64,000 bases of DNA from Promethearchaeota archaeon. GTDB taxonomy: Archaea > Asgardarchaeota > Lokiarchaeia > Sigyniarchaeales > SOKP01. This document shows, in pieces, positions 38,449 to 48,929 of the stretch; position 1 is the stretch's first letter, and every line of letters starts with the position of its first letter. The position numbers and the translations under genes were made by a program. The stretch is from assembly GCA_030603385.1 (NCBI GenBank), contig JAUVXW010000002.1:32001-96000 (forward strand). Direction: 5' to 3'. The notes beneath the pieces were generated by a model that did not search any database, was not told the origin of the DNA, and was given only the letters and a program-made list of their open reading frames with translations.

Positions 38449-39552
38449 ATGGAATATTTCAATGTATGGTTTATTCTTATTGTCTTCTTTTATTTCCTTA
38501 TTCTTTTTAATTTCATGTATTTATCACACAAACCAGATTTTTTAAATAACATAACTGGATTTGGGACTCTATTCTTTGTTTTTACTCATATCCTTTTATT
38601 TATAGTATTAATGAATCAAGAAAGCTCATTACGAACAGTAATAGTACCATTGTGGTTATTAACTCTCAGTATCCCCTTACTATTACCTGTTATTTTAATT
38701 TTACTTTCTACGTTATTGATGTATGGGTTCAAAAAAATTACTAAAAAGGATCTAACTTCTGCTGGAAAAAAATTAGAAGAAAAACAAAAAATTTGGAGTA
38801 AAGCTAAAAAAGACTCACTCAGAAAATTAAATCATGTCTTAATTTTTATTGGTCTTGTAGTTATATGGTATGCTGGGTTATATATTGTTATAGATTATAC
38901 AGGTTCCTCAACAGGTATGGTTCCTGAAGAAAATAACATGCTTTCACTATATTTAAAGTTAATTGATGAACCAAATTCGATTACTGAAGTTCTATTTTCA
39001 TTAGGTTGGTTTTATTATCTATTATTTTTCTTTTTTTATGTTTTTAGTCTATTCATTCTAGCGAATGAATTTGCACGAAAATCAAGACGAATCTCGTTTC
39101 CTTTTACTTTTTTTACTAAAATATATCTTGATGAGAAAGAGCAACAAAATTATGGTACATATTTATATTTTGCGATTGGTCAGATGTTTGCTGCTTTTGT
39201 CTGTCCTCCGATGGTCTTTTTTACAATATTAGGAATTAGTTCAATTAGTGATTTAATGACAAGTCAAATTGGTATAAGATTTGGAAAAACACATATTCCA
39301 TGGAATGGAAATAAAACCTGGGAAGGAACAATTGCAGGTACATTAGCCACTTTAGTAATATGTTTTTTGTTTGTTGGAATTTTCTGGTCATTAATTTTTA
39401 CTTTAGCATTTTTAATTTTCGATATTTTTACTAATAAACCAATTAATCTATCAGATAATTTACTAATACCAATTGGTTGTAGTCTTATCTATTTATTTAT
39501 ACGGTTCTTCTTTAATTTAGATTATAATACAATTATACTATCTTGGATTTAA
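38449..39552 (+). CDS. CTP-dependent polyprenol/diacylglycerol kinase family membrane protein
   Basis: RKLNH, SDLMTSQIGIRFG, KTWEGT, SDNLLIP. Confidence 0.8.
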   Translation: MEYFNVWFILIVFFYFLILFNFMYLSHKPDFLNNITGFGTLFFVFTHILLFIVLMNQESSLRTVIVPLWLLTLSIPLLLPVILILLSTLLMYGFKKITKKDLTSAGKKLEEKQKIWSKAKKDSLRKLNHVLIFIGLVVIWYAGLYIVIDYTGSSTGMVPEENNMLSLYLKLIDEPNSITEVLFSLGWFYYLLFFFFYVFSLFILANEFARKSRRISFPFTFFTKIYLDEKEQQNYGTYLYFAIGQMFAAFVCPPMVFFTILGISSISDLMTSQIGIRFGKTHIPWNGNKTWEGTIAGTLATLVICFLFVGIFWSLIFTLAFLIFDIFTNKPINLSDNLLIPIGCSLIYLFIRFFFNLDYNTIILSWI

Positions 39553-39600
39553 AAGGATCTGTAAAAATTTTTAAATTATTCAACGTTAAGAGTTAACAAC

Positions 39601-40632
39601 ATGTATTTCTTAGCTAGCAGCATAATTTTAATTGGATATTCAATTTTAACATTAACTTACACTATTAAAAATAGAAAAATAAAGATAGAAAACAATATTT
39701 TTACAAATGAGATTTTAATTGCGGTTTTGTTTTTAATAGCAGGGGTTCTTTTTCCTTTTATGTATCAGTTTCATTCTCCCAAATTAAGCCAAAATTCATT
39801 AAATTGTATGTGGTTATTTACCTCAACCTTTTTTATAGTAGAAATGGGAATATGGGTAATTATGTTTCTTTATAATGGGATTATTGCAAAAAGGGATCCC
39901 GAAATCATGGCAGAAAGGGATTACAATAAGTACTGCAAAGAATTTAATAAGAATGGGGTAAATAATTTGAGGAGCGAGGTAGGTAGAAAATTTTTGCATC
40001 TATTTGCATGTTTTGTAATCTTTTTCTTTTGGACATTAGGACTTATTCTTGAGGATCTGGGAATCTTAACCCAATGGGATCTAGATAATTATAGTTTCTC
40101 ATATTGGTTGATTATTACTTTAGGTTTTGGATTTGTAATTATGTTTCAAATGGGAGATCTGGCACGACTGAACAAATTCTACTTACTTCCTAAATGGAGT
40201 AAGCGATGGTATATGTCTATGCGACAGGAAGAGCAATATACCTTTATTGCTTCTATTCCATTAGTATTATCATTTACACCCTTTTTATTTGCTCCATTTC
40301 CTATTTTTGGAGCGGTTGTTTTAATAACAACGGGGGCTGACGCAGTTGCTTGCATAATTGGAATAAAATATGGAAGACATAGTCTTAGAAAAAATTCAAA
40401 TAAGACAATTGAAGGATTTTTTGCTGGTGGTGTATCAACATTTTTAATCGTTATTAGTATTTTGGCTCTATATCATCCATGGATGCCCATAAGCATCTTA
40501 AAAATATTTTTAATGGCTTCCATTGCCACTGTTTTATTCTTATTAATTGATAGATTTGCTAGGAATATCTCTGATAACATTTTAAATCCAATACTCACAG
40601 GATTTGGCATCTGGATTATTTTTCTTCTTTAA
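39601..40632 (+). CDS. CTP-dependent polyprenol/diacylglycerol kinase family membrane protein (paralog)
   Basis: RKFLH, ADAVACIIGIKYG, KTIEGF, SDNILNP. Confidence 0.8.
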   Translation: MYFLASSIILIGYSILTLTYTIKNRKIKIENNIFTNEILIAVLFLIAGVLFPFMYQFHSPKLSQNSLNCMWLFTSTFFIVEMGIWVIMFLYNGIIAKRDPEIMAERDYNKYCKEFNKNGVNNLRSEVGRKFLHLFACFVIFFFWTLGLILEDLGILTQWDLDNYSFSYWLIITLGFGFVIMFQMGDLARLNKFYLLPKWSKRWYMSMRQEEQYTFIASIPLVLSFTPFLFAPFPIFGAVVLITTGADAVACIIGIKYGRHSLRKNSNKTIEGFFAGGVSTFLIVISILALYHPWMPISILKIFLMASIATVLFLLIDRFARNISDNILNPILTGFGIWIIFLL

Positions 40633-40643
40633 AATATTGGAAT

Positions 40644-40934
40644 TTATCCACCAAAATAAATGTAGATAAAAACTATTTGATCTCCATCTTTTAATCTTGT
40701 TTCTAAGAACTTATCATGCTGATAACTCCTTCCATTTATAATAATAGATAAAAGTTTACTAAAGACTCCTATATTTCCTTTTTCCCAAACTAAATCAGTA
40801 AATTTTTCCCCAAAATTCTGTCCAAAATACTCAATTAAATCAGCTAGAGATATTTCTTTTTCAAATTCAAATATTTCGTTTAAACTTTTAGTGACTTCGT
40901 TAAACGGAGGAGAAAATTCAAGGTGTAATTTCAT
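40644..40934 (-). CDS. MoaD/ThiS/SAMP ubiquitin-like protein
   Basis: IIINGR...LKDGDQI...FGG C-terminus. Confidence 0.85.
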   Translation of the reverse strand: MKLHLEFSPPFNEVTKSLNEIFEFEKEISLADLIEYFGQNFGEKFTDLVWEKGNIGVFSKLLSIIINGRSYQHDKFLETRLKDGDQIVFIYIYFGG

Positions 40935-41046
40935 ATTCTAATTAAACCCATTAGTTTAATTCCATTATGATTTTAAAGTAAAAGGTTTATTAAAAATTTA
41001 ATGTTAATAAAAAATAAAAAAAAGAAATCTAATTCAATTACAAAAT

Positions 41047-41232
41047 TTAATCATCATCTTCAGTAGCTTCTTCCATAGCCTTCTTAAATCCTTTTTTAAC
41101 GCTACCTTTCTTTATTCCTTTTTTAACACCTTTTCCTAAAGCCTCTGAACCAGTTACGCTTTCAACAAGCCCACCGGTAGCTTTAGCAAAGCCCTTCTTA
41201 AGCTTCTTACCAAACCCACCCATAAAAATCAC
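41047..41232 (-). CDS. small Gly/Lys-rich hypothetical protein
   Basis: MGGFGKKLKKGF...KKGFKKAMEEATEDDD; biased coding-like composition. Confidence 0.6.
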   Translation of the reverse strand: MIFMGGFGKKLKKGFAKATGGLVESVTGSEALGKGVKKGIKKGSVKKGFKKAMEEATEDDD

Positions 41233-41488
41233 ACTCTTTTGTTATCTTTTTTCTTGATTAAATTGTGGTAAATTGTTACAATATTCTTATATTAACATAA
41301 TGTAAATTTGGGTATTATAAATGTTATGGAAGTCTTTAAGTAAATATCAATTAAGATAATCTGATTTAGTAGAATTAAAAATTTATTATACTCAACAGAA
41401 TTTTATTAAATTTTTAACAAATAGATTCTAATAATGTTGTTAGTAAATATCCATATCAATTCTATTAATTAATATTTTATCAAATTGT

Positions 41489-42496
41489 TTGAAAATGGCA
41501 AAAGTTATTTTTATTTCTAAAAGTGATGTTCGAGATGCTTGGTTATCTGCTATTGGTCAAGTTTTATACCGCGGTGATGATATAAAAACAGAATATGACA
41601 AGGCAGAGGATCTTCCTTCCAAAGATGCTACTGTGTTAATTGAAATTAAAGAACCGTTAAGTAATCCTATAATGCGTAAGGATAAAGTCATGAAGATAAG
41701 ATCAAAGTTCGGAAATTCTTATGAGGTTTATGGTAGTATGGCAGATACTTATTTAATTGGTTCTATTCAGAGCGGTTATATCGAAGAAATTATGGAAGGC
41801 GTTAATGATCATTTTTTATTTGAATCTGGTGTAAGCTTTCCATATTCTTATCATGACAGAATATTTAATTATGCTCCTTTTTCTCTTGAGGATTCTATCC
41901 ATAGAAATTATAATTTAGGATTTGTAGATAATGAGTTTGTTAAAAAACACAAAAAGTTGTTAAAAGCAGAGAAAATTAAAAGCACTGCTGAATCTGTTAT
42001 TTGGAAATTAAACAATGGAATTGAATTTGATTTAGATAAAACAATCTCAGAGCAAATAACAATCGATAAAGTTCCTATAGCTACTTTGAATTTTCCAAGA
42101 ATTAACCAAATGGAATATATAGTTCAAAAATTAAAGGAATCGCCATATTCCCGCAGAGCACAGGCTATTACTTGGCGTCCGCTAGTAGATCCTTATCACG
42201 TTGATCCTCCTTGTCTTCAGAGAATTTTTATGCGAATAAAAGATGGAAAATTAATTATGCAAACAACTTGGAGAAGTCGAGATCTATTCCGAGCATGGGA
42301 AGCAAACGTAAACGGTATGATAAGAATTCAAAAAGATATAGCAGATAAACTAGGGGTTGAAATGGGACATTATTTAGATTTCAGCAATTCTCTTCATATT
42401 TATGGCAGCACAATATCTGAAGTAAAGGATATGTTATATCGTATGAAAGTTAAAGGGGAACAATTTCCTGAAGAAATTGCCGATTTAATACAATAG
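41489..42496 (+). CDS. thyA: archaeal-type thymidylate synthase
   Basis: YSYHDR, SRRAQAITW, PPCLQ, RSRD, NV, HIY. Confidence 0.88.
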   Translation: MKMAKVIFISKSDVRDAWLSAIGQVLYRGDDIKTEYDKAEDLPSKDATVLIEIKEPLSNPIMRKDKVMKIRSKFGNSYEVYGSMADTYLIGSIQSGYIEEIMEGVNDHFLFESGVSFPYSYHDRIFNYAPFSLEDSIHRNYNLGFVDNEFVKKHKKLLKAEKIKSTAESVIWKLNNGIEFDLDKTISEQITIDKVPIATLNFPRINQMEYIVQKLKESPYSRRAQAITWRPLVDPYHVDPPCLQRIFMRIKDGKLIMQTTWRSRDLFRAWEANVNGMIRIQKDIADKLGVEMGHYLDFSNSLHIYGSTISEVKDMLYRMKVKGEQFPEEIADLIQ

Positions 42497-42507
42497 AACC
42501 TTCTTTT

Positions 42508-43272
42508 TTAAAATATTTTTGGAAAGATTAATTTAGTATTTTCATAGATTTGATTTTCCAAATCATCAGGGGGAATGTCTTTAAATTTTGAAATTGTGTT
42601 TAAAACATCTCTAATCATTGCAGGAGTTCCATCTTTTCCTGAATATTTAACAGGTCCATCGCTTTCAAGCAAGAGATGTTCTACATCAACTCTTAAAACT
42701 GTTTTTTTCACTGCAGGAGAATAACTAATTGCTGGAGTAATTGAGAAAAAGTATCCTCTATCTATTCCTAAATTTAAAAATTCTTCTGGTCCTGAATACC
42801 AATGAATATTAACATAAGGTATATTAAATGAAGGGAGCATATCAAATACTAATTTTTCAGCTCCCTTTGTGTGGAGATTCACAGGTAATTCTAACTCTTG
42901 AGCTAACGATAACATTTTTTCAAAAATATTTGTTTGAAGTGGATAAAACACCTTTTCTTTTATAAAATGATGATCTAATCCTATTTCACCAATAGAACAT
43001 ATATTTTCTTTATTTTCTCTAATTGTTTTAATGACAGAATCTAGTTGATTTTCAATATCCTTATTCATTCTTACTTCTTCAGGGTGAATACCTAAAGCAG
43101 GATAAATTTCTTTATGTCTCTCTGAAATTTCTAATACTCTTTCAATGCTAACAGCACTCATTCCAACAGCAATAATCTTTTCTACCCCTACACTTTTAGC
43201 GTCCTTAATTACTTGTTCTAACGCTAAGTAAAGATTCGCATGACAATGAACATCAATTAGGATATTTAGCAC
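42508..43272 (-). CDS. tatD: TatD family DNase
   Basis: DVHCH, GIHP, GEIGLD, LESDGP. Confidence 0.93.
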   Translation of the reverse strand: MLNILIDVHCHANLYLALEQVIKDAKSVGVEKIIAVGMSAVSIERVLEISERHKEIYPALGIHPEEVRMNKDIENQLDSVIKTIRENKENICSIGEIGLDHHFIKEKVFYPLQTNIFEKMLSLAQELELPVNLHTKGAEKLVFDMLPSFNIPYVNIHWYSGPEEFLNLGIDRGYFFSITPAISYSPAVKKTVLRVDVEHLLLESDGPVKYSGKDGTPAMIRDVLNTISKFKDIPPDDLENQIYENTKLIFPKIF

Positions 43273-43313
43273 CTCTAAATATATGATATAATTAATTTAA
43301 AAAGTAGCATAAT

Positions 43314-43652
43314 TTACATTGAATTTATCGCTTCTCGTACTAGAGCGATTTTTTTTACTAATTCAAATTTTTTTCTCCGATTATAATCTGAAGAGTCTAA
43401 ATGGTCTTGAAGAGTTTCTAACTCCTTTAATAAATAGTTCTTAAGATCTTTTTTAGTAAAATGTCCTATATGTTCAGGAAGAGGTTCAATTTTAGCTGCT
43501 CTCTTTAGCCTTAAATCAGAAATAGCTTTTGCTAGTTGGGCTTGAAAACCTCTAGCCTTGTTTGGATCAACATCTCCTAATGTATCAAGAGAAGTTGTTA
43601 AACCATCAATAAATGCTTCTAAATCTTCTATTTCAATTGTATCACTGGGCAT
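43314..43652 (-). CDS. hypothetical helical protein
   Basis: 112-aa ATG ORF. Confidence 0.65.
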   Translation of the reverse strand: MPSDTIEIEDLEAFIDGLTTSLDTLGDVDPNKARGFQAQLAKAISDLRLKRAAKIEPLPEHIGHFTKKDLKNYLLKELETLQDHLDSSDYNRRKKFELVKKIALVREAINSM

Positions 43653-43783
43653 TTGAAAACTTAGAATTTGTAAATGTCTTTTTTTTATAAATTCTAGAAG
43701 GAACTTTGATATTTATTATTGTTTATTCTACTTTAACCTAAATGTAAAATGATAAATTTAATTTAATTTTCATTTTCAATTCT

Positions 43784-43978
43784 TTATTTTGGGATTAACA
43801 TTGGAACAGATTTTTTGTAATCTTCATAATCTTTACCGAATTCTCTTATTAATTCCTTTTCTTCTTTCCATGACATTAAATAAATTAAGAAAATAATGAG
43901 TGGGGTAGTTAACAGAGAATAGAAAGAGGAGAGCAGAAATGAAATACTAAATTGCTTTATAAATGTATTAGTATACAG
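43784..43978 (-). pseudogene. C-terminal remnant of ICMT/PEMT-family membrane methyltransferase
   Basis: ...IYLMSWKEEKELIREFGKDYEDYKKSVPMLIPK*; upstream RHPxY part absent, in-frame stop at 43979-81. Confidence 0.7.
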
Positions 43979-44120
43979 TTATTAACTAAAATTGATAAAA
44001 CCACATTTTAAGTTTGAGTTAATATGCAAAACTCTTTAGTTCAATCATTTTTTTTATAATTATATTTAAAATGAGTTAAGAACTAACTTAAGTATTATTA
44101 GAAGATTAAAAGGTGAAATA

Positions 44121-46028
44121 TTGCCAATAATTCCGAATAAGGATATCTACAATTTACTAAAAAAATATAATAAAAAGCAAGTTACTGTTGATAAGGCTAT
44201 AAAAGACTATATTAAACCAGGAAATCGAATTTTCATTGATTCTGGATGTGCAGAACCAATAGATCTTACTAAAAAATTAATTGAACTAGGACCACAGCTT
44301 CCTGATGTGGAGATTTTACATTTTCTTAGTTTGAGTGATCTTGATTATTATGAAACGGCAGGAGGGATAGAGGATTTATTTAGGCATAATGCGTTTTTTA
44401 TTGGAAAATCGCTTCGCAAATATGTAAGCGCAGGTCAAGCAGATTATACTCCTATGTTATTATCTGAGATTCCAAAGTTATTCAAATCGGGTAAAATTCA
44501 TTTAGATACAGCTCTTTTACAGTTTAGTCCTCCAGATAGATATGGTTTTTGTAGTTATGGTATTAATGTAGATATTGCCAAACCAATTGCAGAATCTACT
44601 GAAATTATCGTAGCTGAAATAAATCCCAAGATGCCACGCACATTAGGAGATTCTTTTATTCATATGAATGATATTGACGCTTTTATTGTCTCAAATCACG
44701 ATATAATTGAATATAATTATGGTGAACTTGATGAAACGGCAATTAAGATTGCTAAATTTGTTTCTTCATTAATCGAAGATGAATCAACTATTCAAATGGG
44801 CATTGGTGTAATTCCTAACGCTGTTACTAACGAGTTAAAGGAAAAAAAAGATTTAGGTGTTCACAGTGAGGTGTTTTCAGATGGAATAGTAGATCTGGTT
44901 GAAGAAGGTGTAGTAACCTGTAAAAAAAAGACTCTACATAAAGACAAAATTATTTGCTCTTTCGTAATGGGCTCAAAAAAGGTATATGATTTTGTAGATG
45001 ATAATCCCATGGTTGAATTCCATCCATGCGATTATACCAATGATCCTTTCATCATCAGTCAGAATAAAAAACAAGTGGCTATAAATGCTGCTCTAAGTGT
45101 TGACTTAACTGGGCAAGTGAACTCTGATTCATTAGGGCATCGATTTTATAGCGGAATTGGGGGTCAAGTCGATTTTGTCAGAGGTGCGGGGAGAGCTGAA
45201 GATGGTAAACCAATCATGACTTTACCATCAACAGCCACTTTAAAAGATGGAACTGTAATATCTCGTATTATGCCTTTCCTACGACCTGGTTCGGGTGTAG
45301 TAATAACAAGGGGTGATATTCATTATGTAGTTACAGAGTGGGGGATCGCTTATCTTTATGGAAAAAGTATAAGAGAAAGAGTTCTTGAGATGATTAACAT
45401 TGCTCATCCAGATTTTCGAGAAGAATTATTAGAACATGCCAAAAAATGGAAATATATCTATTCAGATCAGAAATTGCCTATTTCTATTGATGGAAGGGTA
45501 AGTGTTTATCCAGATAAATATGAAGCGTTTTTACAACTTCAAGATGGAAGAACAATAAAAATCCGTCCAGTTAAACCAACTGATGAAAGAATGATACAAG
45601 AACTTCATTATTCTTTAGATAAGAAAGATAGATATCTAAGATTTTTTACACCCATGAAAGATTTTCGACATAGAAGAATCCAACCAATGGTTAATATCGA
45701 TTATTCAACAGATATGATTTTAATAGGGGAGTACACAGAAAAAGGAGAAGAAAAAATTGTTGCGATGGGAGCATTTCTCAAAGCATACCAACCTTCTGTA
45801 GCTGAATTAGCATTTGTTGTTCACGAGGATTGGAGAGGATTAGGAATAACAAAATACTTACTGAATTACCTTGTTACAATTGGTAAAGAACTTAATTACA
45901 AAACCTTTGGGGGCTCAATTATGTTAGAAAATAAACCTATGCTTCACATTATTAACAGCTCAGGATACTCTCTTAAACTTAAAAAAATTGAGCAAGGAAT
46001 TACTGTGTTCGCATTTGATCTTTCTTAA
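44121..46028 (+). CDS. acetyl-CoA hydrolase/transferase fused to GNAT acetyltransferase
   Basis: QMGIG, HSE, SGIGGQVDF, VVTEWG; C-terminal AELAFVVHEDWRGLG. Confidence 0.92.
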   Translation: MPIIPNKDIYNLLKKYNKKQVTVDKAIKDYIKPGNRIFIDSGCAEPIDLTKKLIELGPQLPDVEILHFLSLSDLDYYETAGGIEDLFRHNAFFIGKSLRKYVSAGQADYTPMLLSEIPKLFKSGKIHLDTALLQFSPPDRYGFCSYGINVDIAKPIAESTEIIVAEINPKMPRTLGDSFIHMNDIDAFIVSNHDIIEYNYGELDETAIKIAKFVSSLIEDESTIQMGIGVIPNAVTNELKEKKDLGVHSEVFSDGIVDLVEEGVVTCKKKTLHKDKIICSFVMGSKKVYDFVDDNPMVEFHPCDYTNDPFIISQNKKQVAINAALSVDLTGQVNSDSLGHRFYSGIGGQVDFVRGAGRAEDGKPIMTLPSTATLKDGTVISRIMPFLRPGSGVVITRGDIHYVVTEWGIAYLYGKSIRERVLEMINIAHPDFREELLEHAKKWKYIYSDQKLPISIDGRVSVYPDKYEAFLQLQDGRTIKIRPVKPTDERMIQELHYSLDKKDRYLRFFTPMKDFRHRRIQPMVNIDYSTDMILIGEYTEKGEEKIVAMGAFLKAYQPSVAELAFVVHEDWRGLGITKYLLNYLVTIGKELNYKTFGGSIMLENKPMLHIINSSGYSLKLKKIEQGITVFAFDLS

Positions 46029-46073
46029 CAGAATCAATTTTATATTTTAAAATCTAGAAATTCATTTCTATAA

Positions 46074-46181
46074 ACGTATGCTCCACTAGAAGAAGTTCTA
46101 AAAATTTTGCAGGGTTTAGGATATAATCGAAAGGCTATAGCATTAAAGAAAATTGCCGATACTGTAAAACCTTTAGTTTAA
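46074..46181 (+). pseudogene. MutY (A/G adenine glycosylase) fragment
   Basis: APLEEVLKILQGLGYNRKAIALKKIA matches the MutY W-x-GLGY-x-RA segment; no start codon, flanked by stops. Confidence 0.7.
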
Positions 46182-47495
46182 TTTTTTGTCTTTAAGAATC
46201 TTGGTGATTTTAGCTGCTAATCTTTCTTGTGTTCCCCAATTCCCAAAGGCTAGCCCCTTTGCGATTAAATTTTCAATTTCTTTCTTATAAACTCGACTTA
46301 TCTTCTTAGCAGGTTCTCGTGAAAAAGGTGTTTGGGGCAAGGGGATAAATGAATGGGCATGAATTCTAGCACCTTTTTTTGATAAATTTTTCATCATTTC
46401 AATCGTAAGCTCAATATCCTTATCATCTTCTCCAGGCAATCCAAAAATGAAATCTACATTAATTTTTAGGTTATTTTTTAGTGTAAGATCTACAGCTCTA
46501 TAGATATCTTCAACTGTGTGTCCTCTATGACATAAATCCAGAATTTTTTGGCTACCTGATTGTGCTCCAGTAGTAATATTATCATTATTCCCATATTTTA
46601 AAACCAAATTTAAACTATCTTGATTCACATGTTCTGGCCTTACTTCCGATGGAAAAGTCCCTACAAAGATCCTAGCTTTTTCACCAATAATTTCTCTAAT
46701 GCTGAATAGCAATTTTTCAAGTTTATCTAAGTTTAATGTTTTACCGTCCTCAGATCCATAACTAAATGCATTAGGGGTTATAAATCGTATATCTGTAAGA
46801 TCTCCATAATGATCTTTCAATATTTGAACATATTTGCATATTGTTTCGATACTTCTATGTCTAGGGATAGTGCCTAAAATATAAGGCGTCTGACAAAAGT
46901 AACATACATAGGGACACCCTCTAGTTATTTCAATTGCCCCAAATCGAGTATTTTTAATCGGGAAAGGAGGATATTTGTTTAAGTCAATTAAGCCACGTTT
47001 TCCTGTAGATATATATTCATTATCTTCACTCGTATAGGCAATTCCTCTTATATCACTAATTTTTTCATTAATAATTAGCCCATTCATAAGTTCAATGATT
47101 GTTTCCTCTCCTTCTCCAATTACAACTATATCAAAGCCAATTTTAAGGGTTCCAGAAGGATCTCCCGTTGGATGAGACCCTCCTGCTATAAGTATACACT
47201 TCTTTTGAAACTTACATCTTAGTTTATCTACCAATTCTCGGGTTTCGAAAAATTGAGTTGTGAAGAAAGAAAATGCTACTAGTACTTTATTATAAGATTT
47301 TACTATATCTTTGAGTGTTTCTACAAGTTCATCTTGTGAGCTTAAAAAATAGAAATCCATGCTTTCAAATATCTTATCTGTTTCGAGCGCACCAGCTATA
47401 GCATTTAAACTGTAAAAATTGTGTTTATGATAATAAATTACAAATGCGATTTTTTTCAAGTAGATTTTACCTAGAGCAATCCAATCAATAATCAA
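46173..47495 (-). CDS. B12-binding radical SAM protein (TIGR04013-like)
   Basis: GGSHPTG, GEGE, TRGCPYVCYFCQ, FPSEVRPE; true start probably about 47459. Confidence 0.9.
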   Translation of the reverse strand: MIIDWIALGKIYLKKIAFVIYYHKHNFYSLNAIAGALETDKIFESMDFYFLSSQDELVETLKDIVKSYNKVLVAFSFFTTQFFETRELVDKLRCKFQKKCILIAGGSHPTGDPSGTLKIGFDIVVIGEGEETIIELMNGLIINEKISDIRGIAYTSEDNEYISTGKRGLIDLNKYPPFPIKNTRFGAIEITRGCPYVCYFCQTPYILGTIPRHRSIETICKYVQILKDHYGDLTDIRFITPNAFSYGSEDGKTLNLDKLEKLLFSIREIIGEKARIFVGTFPSEVRPEHVNQDSLNLVLKYGNNDNITTGAQSGSQKILDLCHRGHTVEDIYRAVDLTLKNNLKINVDFIFGLPGEDDKDIELTIEMMKNLSKKGARIHAHSFIPLPQTPFSREPAKKISRVYKKEIENLIAKGLAFGNWGTQERLAAKITKILKDKKLN

Positions 47496-47640
47496 ATATT
47501 ATATAATACAATATTTTTCAAATTAAATTATTCTTTGTGATCTGTTTATGGCTTGAATTTTAAATTCCTATGAATATATATTTTCATTTTTGTATTATTA
47601 TTTTAATAAGCAAAATAAGAATTGAAAAAGTGAGTAATTA

Positions 47641-48108
47641 ATGTTATTGAATGAATTTATTGCCACAGATATAACTGAAATTGGTATTTCTTGGTTTGAT
47701 TTCTATTCTATTGGTCACATCTGCCTTGGAATCGGCCTATTTTTATTCTTTTCATTATTTTACACTATTCCAAAAAGAAAATATGGGACAATTCCAATTT
47801 TTTCTTTACTGTTTGTTTTTATACTCACTATGATTTGTTCTGTAGTTTGGGAAATCGTTGAAAATCTAGTTTTTCTTGATTTAGGATGGAAGTTTGAAGA
47901 TCGAGCTGATAGTTGGCAAAACATCACTACTGATATCTTATTATGTGCTATTGGAGGCCTTGGTACTTGGTTATTTGCCTATATCACGTTTGAAAAGGAA
48001 AAAGGTGCTTTTGCTTATTATACTTTTGGATTAATTGGATTTGGAGTTTGGATTAGCGTTTTCATAGTACTCAGATATTTAACTTTTCAGAATTCTCCAA
48101 TGATTTAA
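47641..48108 (+). CDS. hypothetical membrane protein
   Basis: DFYSIGH...WEIVEN...DSWQNITTD; 4 TM. Confidence 0.7.
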   Translation: MLLNEFIATDITEIGISWFDFYSIGHICLGIGLFLFFSLFYTIPKRKYGTIPIFSLLFVFILTMICSVVWEIVENLVFLDLGWKFEDRADSWQNITTDILLCAIGGLGTWLFAYITFEKEKGAFAYYTFGLIGFGVWISVFIVLRYLTFQNSPMI

Positions 48109-48148
48109 TTAAATTTAACTTATTATTATTTACTATAACCTAGAAAAA

Positions 48149-48916
48149 ATGTTAGATCTTTCCGACTACATAGAATTTCAACAAGGCAACATTCCTCTAA
48201 TACTATCTGTACCACATGGAGGATCATTAGAATGTGAGAACATTCCGAAAAGATCATCGGGAATTTTAGGAATTGATGGTAAAACCATCGAGATTGCTAA
48301 GAAAATAATTGCCTTAATTCAAAATATCTTTAAGAAACAAAATTCTGAAGATAAAATACCATCCTATGTAATTTCTAAAGTCCGTCGAAGTAAAATTGAT
48401 TTAAACCGAGAAGAAACTGAAGCGTATGAGCAGGGATCTTATATTGCTAAGCAAATTTATAAATTTTATCATAAAAAAATTGAAGAAATTGTACGATACA
48501 ACTTGAAAGTATATGAACGTTCGTTGCTTATTGATTTACATGGTTTTGAAAAAGCTAATAGACCACCTGGCTTCCGAGATGTAGACGTGGTTTTAGGAAC
48601 AAATAATTTAGAATCCTTTTACTCTAAAAAAATACCAAAAAAAGATTGGGGAAAGAATATTCGGGGTAAGATTGTTCAAAAATTTCTCGAATTAAATATC
48701 CCTATAGCTCCAAGCCACCCTAAAAGAGGTGAATATGTCTTAACTGGGGGTTATATAACAAAAAAATATGGTGCGTCTCAAATCCCGAAGAGTCAAGCAT
48801 TACAAATTGAATTTTCAGATAGGATAAGAATACAAGAGGAAGAAATAAGGGAAATGGTACTAAATGCACTAGCCAAGATTTTATTTGAGGATTTAAAAGA
48901 TATTAAGAAAGTTTAA
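48149..48916 (+). CDS. N-formylglutamate amidohydrolase family
   Basis: SVPHGG, DLNR, IDLHG, LGT, GGYIT, LQIEF. Confidence 0.85.
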   Translation: MLDLSDYIEFQQGNIPLILSVPHGGSLECENIPKRSSGILGIDGKTIEIAKKIIALIQNIFKKQNSEDKIPSYVISKVRRSKIDLNREETEAYEQGSYIAKQIYKFYHKKIEEIVRYNLKVYERSLLIDLHGFEKANRPPGFRDVDVVLGTNNLESFYSKKIPKKDWGKNIRGKIVQKFLELNIPIAPSHPKRGEYVLTGGYITKKYGASQIPKSQALQIEFSDRIRIQEEEIREMVLNALAKILFEDLKDIKKV

Positions 48917-48929
48917 GGAGAAATAGTTT

